A DNA stretch of 64,000 nt from Bdellovibrionales bacterium (GTDB lineage: Bacteria > Bdellovibrionota > Bdellovibrionia > Bdellovibrionales > DASUEL01): positions 16,718 to 80,717 of the forward strand of contig JBFWOZ010000010.1 in NCBI GenBank assembly GCA_050250255.1, given 5' to 3'. The translations under genes were made by a program, and so were the position numbers. Shown here one piece after another: positions 59,136 to 64,000 of this stretch; position 1 is the first letter of the stretch, and the number at the start of each line of letters is the position of its first letter. A model generated the notes under the pieces. The model ran no database searches and had not been told where the DNA came from. It saw nothing but the letters and a program-made list of their open reading frames with translations.

Positions 59136-59912
59136 CTAGGGTAAAGTGATATCAAAGCGTCCAACGAGATTTTTATCTGCCTGTTCTACAAAGTTCACAA
59201 CGAGTTTGTTTCGTTGCTCCTCGGTGAGGCTGCCGTCTTGTAAAAGAAAATCTTTTTTGTTGAGCTCTTGAATCCAGTCGTTCTCAACGAGTTTTTCTCC
59301 ACGAAAATACATTTGAGTGACGAGTTGAGGAAAGCCTGTTGCAGAAATCATGAAATGAATGTGGGGTGGTCGGTACCACTGCGCTTGCAGATCAGCAGGG
59401 TAAAATCCTGGCACAATCGTTTTGAATTTGTAATCTCCGTTTTGGTTCGTCGTTGTTCGACCCCAACTTTGAAAATGTTGATCGAGTGTTCTCTTGACGA
59501 TTTTTCCGTCTCGGGGATCGCGGAAGTCATGATTCTCGGAATCTCCCTTATGATTGTAGCGTCCACTTTCTGAAGCCTGCCAAATCACGATGGTGGCATT
59601 GGGAATAGGCTTGCAATTCTTGTCGGTCACTTTCCCCACCACGTGTACCACTTGACCAGAGGCCATTCCGTTTCGACCTTTGATGAGAGTGAGATCCTCA
59701 TCATTCGCAAGATGAAGAGGTGTCATTGGGTTATTATCTTCACGAACGACATCTTCAGGAGTGCCGGGTCTTGGAAAGAAAGGTCCTAACGGTTGCGCCC
59801 CTGTATTGATGCCACACACTTGAGCGAGAGCGTGTCCCGCAGCTAAGGTGCCGGCTGTTCCAAGTCCCATTTTAAAAAAGCTTCTGCGTGAAAGAATGTT
59901 TTCGAATTTCAT
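59136..59912 (-). CDS. Intradiol ring-cleavage dioxygenase (protocatechuate 3,4-dioxygenase-like) with Tat signal
   Basis: SRRSFFK Tat motif; GPF, WQA..GRYNH, TIVPGFY, RPPHIHF, LVTQMYF. Confidence 0.88.
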   Translation of the reverse strand: MKFENILSRRSFFKMGLGTAGTLAAGHALAQVCGINTGAQPLGPFFPRPGTPEDVVREDNNPMTPLHLANDEDLTLIKGRNGMASGQVVHVVGKVTDKNCKPIPNATIVIWQASESGRYNHKGDSENHDFRDPRDGKIVKRTLDQHFQSWGRTTTNQNGDYKFKTIVPGFYPADLQAQWYRPPHIHFMISATGFPQLVTQMYFRGEKLVENDWIQELNKKDFLLQDGSLTEEQRNKLVVNFVEQADKNLVGRFDITLP

Positions 59913-59993
59913 TTTAGATCTCCATTAAATTTCTACATACTGTTTATGGGATTGTTGGTATTTATAGAAATTGATAGTATAAGCGTTGCTATT

Positions 59994-60842
59994 ATGAATT
60001 TTAATATCTATCCAAATCCATGGGACCTTCGATACTTTCAAGAAATTGCCTCTACCGGGAACCTTTCCCGAGCCTCTGAGAGGTTGGGAGTTGGACAACC
60101 AGCTTTGAGCTTAGCCCTCAAGCGACTTGAAGAAGGCTTAGAGGTAGAACTCTTTTTACGCCGCAATCGAGGATTGACGCTGACTTCGGCAGGCCAACGG
60201 CTTCTTCGCGAATCCAATAAGCTTCAAGCAGCTTGGGAATCGGTGGTTGGTGAGACCAAAAAATCCGAAACGGAATTAGTAGGAAGATACACTTTAGGCT
60301 GTCACCCTTCGGTTGCGATTTATGCGCTTAAAGATGTCATTCGAGATCTCTATGCTTCTTATTCAGGAATTGAAGTGCAGCTGATTCATGCTCTTTCACG
60401 CGTGGTATGTGAAGGTGTGATCTCGGGCACTCTCGATTTTGGAATTGTGGTGAATCCGATTAAACATCCTGATCTTGTCATTCATAAGCTCGCGACCGAT
60501 GAAGTGTGTTTTTGGAAAACGCACAAAGGTCACGAAGATGTACTGATTTACAACCCAGCTCTGAGCCAATCCCAAGCGCTCATTCAAAAGATTAAAAAGA
60601 AAGAGCCTTTTAAACGTACGATTTGCTCTGATAATTTAGAAGTGATTGCTTCGTTAGCTTCCAACGGCGCCGGCGTTGCGATTTTACCAACTCGCGTGGC
60701 GAAAGCGATTGCTTCTAATTTAAAGCAGGTGGAAGGTTATCCAACTTATTATGACGAAGTGACTTTCCTCTATCGCGCAGATCTTCCGAAAACTTCGAGT
60801 TCCAAATGCGTAGTAAATTATTTTAAAGTGCTAAAGATTTAA
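59994..60842 (+). CDS. LysR family transcriptional regulator
   Basis: LSRASERLGVGQPALSLALKRLEEGL..ELFLR; divergent from the dioxygenase. Confidence 0.93.
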   Translation: MNFNIYPNPWDLRYFQEIASTGNLSRASERLGVGQPALSLALKRLEEGLEVELFLRRNRGLTLTSAGQRLLRESNKLQAAWESVVGETKKSETELVGRYTLGCHPSVAIYALKDVIRDLYASYSGIEVQLIHALSRVVCEGVISGTLDFGIVVNPIKHPDLVIHKLATDEVCFWKTHKGHEDVLIYNPALSQSQALIQKIKKKEPFKRTICSDNLEVIASLASNGAGVAILPTRVAKAIASNLKQVEGYPTYYDEVTFLYRADLPKTSSSKCVVNYFKVLKI

Positions 60843-60874
60843 AAGATACGGCACTCGTTTTGGGTGGAGGGAAC

Positions 60875-62140
60875 ATGTTTCTTTTTTTAGTGATATCTTT
60901 TTGCTACTTCGCTCTGCCGGATGCTTTTGCACAAAGAGCCAACTTTGATACCTTGCAAGACATCAAGCTCTCTGAAATTGAAAATATCATCCAGAAAAAT
61001 AAGGTCTTCACAGTTGAAGATTTATTGGGAGTCCTCCCACAAAAATATTTGGAGGGCTACACACTCCTCTATGGAAGTAGAAGTTTACAGGAAGCTAGCT
61101 TGGAATACCCGAGAGCAATAGTAACAGGGAAAACGGCGCGAACAATTATTGCATTTAATGGGCACCATGGCCAACGAGGCTACAACGAAATAGAGGTTAT
61201 TGAGTTTAATGAAGTGAAAAAGAAATTCGATTTTGCAGTTATTTCTTTTTCCCCGAATGCTTCTTCGAAACCGACGATAGATAAGAATCCCAGCACTTGT
61301 GTTGCGTGCCATAGGTCAGACTCTAGGCCTAATTGGGCAACTTACGGGTTTTGGGCAGGAGCCTATGGGAGCCAACATTCAGCTGTCTTTGGCCATAATC
61401 CCCCAGAGGAAGTGAGTGGTTACAAAAAGCTAGAGACTAAGGGACGATACAAATTTTTGAAATACCAAGGCTTTATTGGCCCTGAAGGGATTAACCGAAA
61501 TTCCTTTCTCGGGAAAACGATGTCCTATAGAAATATGCAAAGAATTTCTCGAATTATTCAGGAGTCTCCTTCAATCCACAAGTATAGATTTACGATTCTA
61601 GCTGCCCTTGTTTGTATAAGCGCGGAAACAGATATTGAGTATTACTTGCCGCCCTCGACTCCGACCCATTCGAAAGATGTTGTTTGGTATGCAGATGATC
61701 TTTTGCAAAAGCGGCTTGATTTGAAAACAAAAAAAATAAATTTTTTTAAAAGATTTTTAAATGGCTCTGTTTTTGTGGATCGTGCATATCTGAATGAGAT
61801 CACACCAAATCGTTATGGCAATATTGAGTTCCTTAGAGAGGCGACCCTCAGATATATAGTCGAGGGTCTTGCGGGAGAATCGATGGCTGATTGGTCGATG
61901 GAACTTGAGCCAGAAAGCTATGGATTCTCAGATGGAGGGAGTTTGGGCATCGAGCAAGGCTATCCTGGCGTAAGTGGGACTTATCATTATGGAATCCAGG
62001 CCGCGGTTTTTCCAATATGGGAATGGATAAAGCCTGAGATGCCTAGGGTAGAATTGCCGATTAAGCCGCATCAGCTTGAGCGAAAAATCAACTACTCAGC
62101 ATTCTGTCATTCTTTAAAATCTGAAATTCAGAAGCAGTGA
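60875..62140 (+). CDS. Secreted CxxCH-containing hypothetical protein (paralog of 36087..37205)
   Basis: Signal peptide; NPSTCVACHRSDSRPNWATYGFWAGAYGS. Confidence 0.72.
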   Translation: MFLFLVISFCYFALPDAFAQRANFDTLQDIKLSEIENIIQKNKVFTVEDLLGVLPQKYLEGYTLLYGSRSLQEASLEYPRAIVTGKTARTIIAFNGHHGQRGYNEIEVIEFNEVKKKFDFAVISFSPNASSKPTIDKNPSTCVACHRSDSRPNWATYGFWAGAYGSQHSAVFGHNPPEEVSGYKKLETKGRYKFLKYQGFIGPEGINRNSFLGKTMSYRNMQRISRIIQESPSIHKYRFTILAALVCISAETDIEYYLPPSTPTHSKDVVWYADDLLQKRLDLKTKKINFFKRFLNGSVFVDRAYLNEITPNRYGNIEFLREATLRYIVEGLAGESMADWSMELEPESYGFSDGGSLGIEQGYPGVSGTYHYGIQAAVFPIWEWIKPEMPRVELPIKPHQLERKINYSAFCHSLKSEIQKQ

Positions 62141-62352
62141 TTCCTGTCACTGAGGGCGAACCTGGTCCTGTGCACTTAAATGGGGCCCTTTTTGAGCTGT
62201 GTCCCCACCATTGCCCACCATTGGTTGCCATAAAAAGGCTCACTTCACTTCTCCAAACATTTATATCCGTTTATAGCTTTATTTCTTCAGGAACAAATCC
62301 TGCTTCAGACGACTCCGACTACATCATTTATTTGATTTTAAAAGGAGTACCT

Positions 62353-63009
62353 ATGCGTCTGTCTTTGTTGGTTGTTCCAGCTCTTTTATCACTTGCAGTG
62401 AATGCTTATGCTCAGAGCGGAGGGACAGTGCAGACATCTGCTCCTGCAGCCCCTCGTGAAGGAGTTGTGAGTCAGGTGATTCCTGAGATTTCTTATCTTT
62501 CATCAACTTGGATTGCTGAAGATGCACCAAGTTTGAAATCGAAACCGGGCTTAGGCGCTGGAGTAAGAATAGAGATGGGCCGCTCGAACGGCGTATTTGA
62601 AACGGGTCTGCTCTACCGTCAATATGGGACCACGGCGAGTAATCGAGGATTAGAGGAAGAAGCTAATTTTAATTACTTAGTCGTTCCAGTCTTAGCAAAA
62701 TATTATTTTAATGGTCAGGAGCAGGGTGGGTTATTTATTAAAGGCGGATTAATGCCTTCACTCCTTGTCAGTAAAGAATATAAACAAACTTATGCGGGTC
62801 GTACGTATTCTACGTCTGATCTCAGCAATGTGAGTTCTGTGGTTCTTGATGCGACGGTAGGCATGGGTTTTTCAGCGTCACTTAATCCAACAACGAACTT
62901 CGTGTTCGATGCGGGTTATGTACGTGGTATGACTTCGGTGACTTCATCAGGCAGGACTGTCACGAACTCCGTTTTTAACATCGGTGTAGGTATCGGTTTC
63001 TTGATGTAA
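62353..63009 (+). CDS. Outer-membrane beta-barrel (porin-like) protein
   Basis: AAGGAG RBS, signal peptide ending AYA, ETGLLY.Q.G, NYLVVPVLAKY, amphipathic strands. Confidence 0.78.
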   Translation: MRLSLLVVPALLSLAVNAYAQSGGTVQTSAPAAPREGVVSQVIPEISYLSSTWIAEDAPSLKSKPGLGAGVRIEMGRSNGVFETGLLYRQYGTTASNRGLEEEANFNYLVVPVLAKYYFNGQEQGGLFIKGGLMPSLLVSKEYKQTYAGRTYSTSDLSNVSSVVLDATVGMGFSASLNPTTNFVFDAGYVRGMTSVTSSGRTVTNSVFNIGVGIGFLM

Positions 63010-63041
63010 TTTGAATTCGTGAATTCTTTTTTTTTAGGAAT

Positions 63042-63118
63042 TGGCGCGGTCGCCAGGAGTCGAACCTGGGACCCCAACATTCGTAGTGTTGTACTCTATC
63101 CAGCTGAGCTACGACCGC
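63042..63118 (-). tRNA. tRNA-Arg (ACG)
   Basis: Acceptor GCGGTCG/CGACCGC, anticodon loop CT-ACG-AA, GGTTCGACTCC, CCA. Confidence 0.96.
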
Positions 63119-63251
63119 GCACGTGTGAAGCAGGCAATCTAGAGTGCGAGACGAAAAAAATCAAGCAAAGAGCCGGAGCTTGGCTAAAACTGCAACTTCA
63201 TTTGCTAAAATGACAATCCAGCGATAATTTAGAGTTCACACGAGGTCCCCA

Positions 63252-63839
63252 ATGACAACAAAACAGGTATGGACAGACGCCCTTTTAGAAGCCGAAAAAA
63301 CCGTTCACGCATTCGTGACTGACGCTTCTCAAGTCGAAAAATGTGAGCAATTTACAGAGCTTCTTCATAAAACCTTCACTCAAGGAGGCAAGCTCTTTAC
63401 CTGCGGGAATGGGGGCAGTCATTGTGACGCAATGCATTTCGCCGAAGAGTGGACTGGCCGCTATCGTAAAGATCGTAAACCTATGGGGGCTTTGGCTCTT
63501 GGAGATGCGAGCCATGTGACTTGTGTTTCTAATGACTTTGGCTTTGACCATATTTTTTCTCGCCAATTAGAGGGAATGGGTCGTCAGGGTGATCTTCTTG
63601 TGGGGCTTTCTACGAGCGGAAATTCCAAAAATGTGATCATGGCCTTTGAATCCGCCAAGAAAATGGGAATTAAAACTATCGCGCTTTTAGGGCGTGATGG
63701 AGGCAAGCTCAAGGGTCTTGCGGATCTTGCGATTGTGATTCCGGCTGAGACTTCAGATCGTATTCAAGAGATGCACATCAAGATCATACATACGGTAATT
63801 GAGGCTGTGGAGCGGAAGCTTTTCCCACAAAATTACTAA
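63252..63839 (+). CDS. gmhA: Phosphoheptose isomerase GmhA
   Basis: CGNGGSHCDAMHFAEE, SNDFG, STSGNSKN, DRIQEMH. Confidence 0.95.
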   Translation: MTTKQVWTDALLEAEKTVHAFVTDASQVEKCEQFTELLHKTFTQGGKLFTCGNGGSHCDAMHFAEEWTGRYRKDRKPMGALALGDASHVTCVSNDFGFDHIFSRQLEGMGRQGDLLVGLSTSGNSKNVIMAFESAKKMGIKTIALLGRDGGKLKGLADLAIVIPAETSDRIQEMHIKIIHTVIEAVERKLFPQNY

Positions 63840-63907
63840 TTGATAGACATCGCGGTCCCCTCTATGGCAAAAAAATTGGGAGCCGAAAGATTTTGAATTC
63901 CGATAAC

Positions 63908-64000
63908 GGAGAGATGGGTGAGTGGCTTAAACCAGCGGTTTGCTAAACCGCCCTACGGGGTAAACCCGTAGCGAGGGTTCAAATCCCTCTCTCTCCGCCA
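63908..64000 (+). tRNA. tRNA-Ser (GCT)
   Basis: Acceptor GGAGAGA/TCTCTCC, anticodon loop TT-GCT-AA, long variable arm, CCA. Confidence 0.96.

Noticed and set aside
60849..60863. Sigma-54-like CGGCACTCGTTTTGG before the second CxxCH gene
   Set aside because: The -12 GC is absent and the site is very close to the RBS.
63019..63213. 64-aa ORF
   Set aside because: It is the antisense reading of tRNA-Arg.

Overview
Bacterial chromosomal window. Gene content suggests Bdellovibrionota/Oligoflexia: a TIGR02147-type HTH regulator, a PilZ protein, many secreted hydrolases and a stand-alone rsmH. This assignment is an inference. Most of the window is housekeeping or envelope genes: rsmH, split transketolase, a thiamine-type ABC transporter, nth, mutY, speB, purK/purE, tsaA, gmhA, a KamA-family radical SAM enzyme, an MHYT-PAS hybrid kinase, two TolC+RND pairs, MATE and AEC transporters, an intradiol dioxygenase and three tRNAs (Asn, Arg, Ser). 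The best candidate for an undescribed system is a ~1.2-kb unit (about 25971-27180) around an HNH endonuclease gene, in an AT-rich accessory stretch. It is bounded by a 6-bp direct repeat (AGAAAC), has a long self-complementary 5' leader, and carries inside its own ORF a 38-bp palindromic sequence matching 37/38 the junction formed by joining its two ends. Other observations: two MITE/REP-like long inverted repeats, two related 8-bp-period arrays upstream of secreted peptidases, two adaptor-less RND/TolC systems, two paralogous unknown CxxCH proteins, a triple TetR operator and an internally deleted thioesterase gene. All product calls come from motif recognition by eye; no database searches were run.
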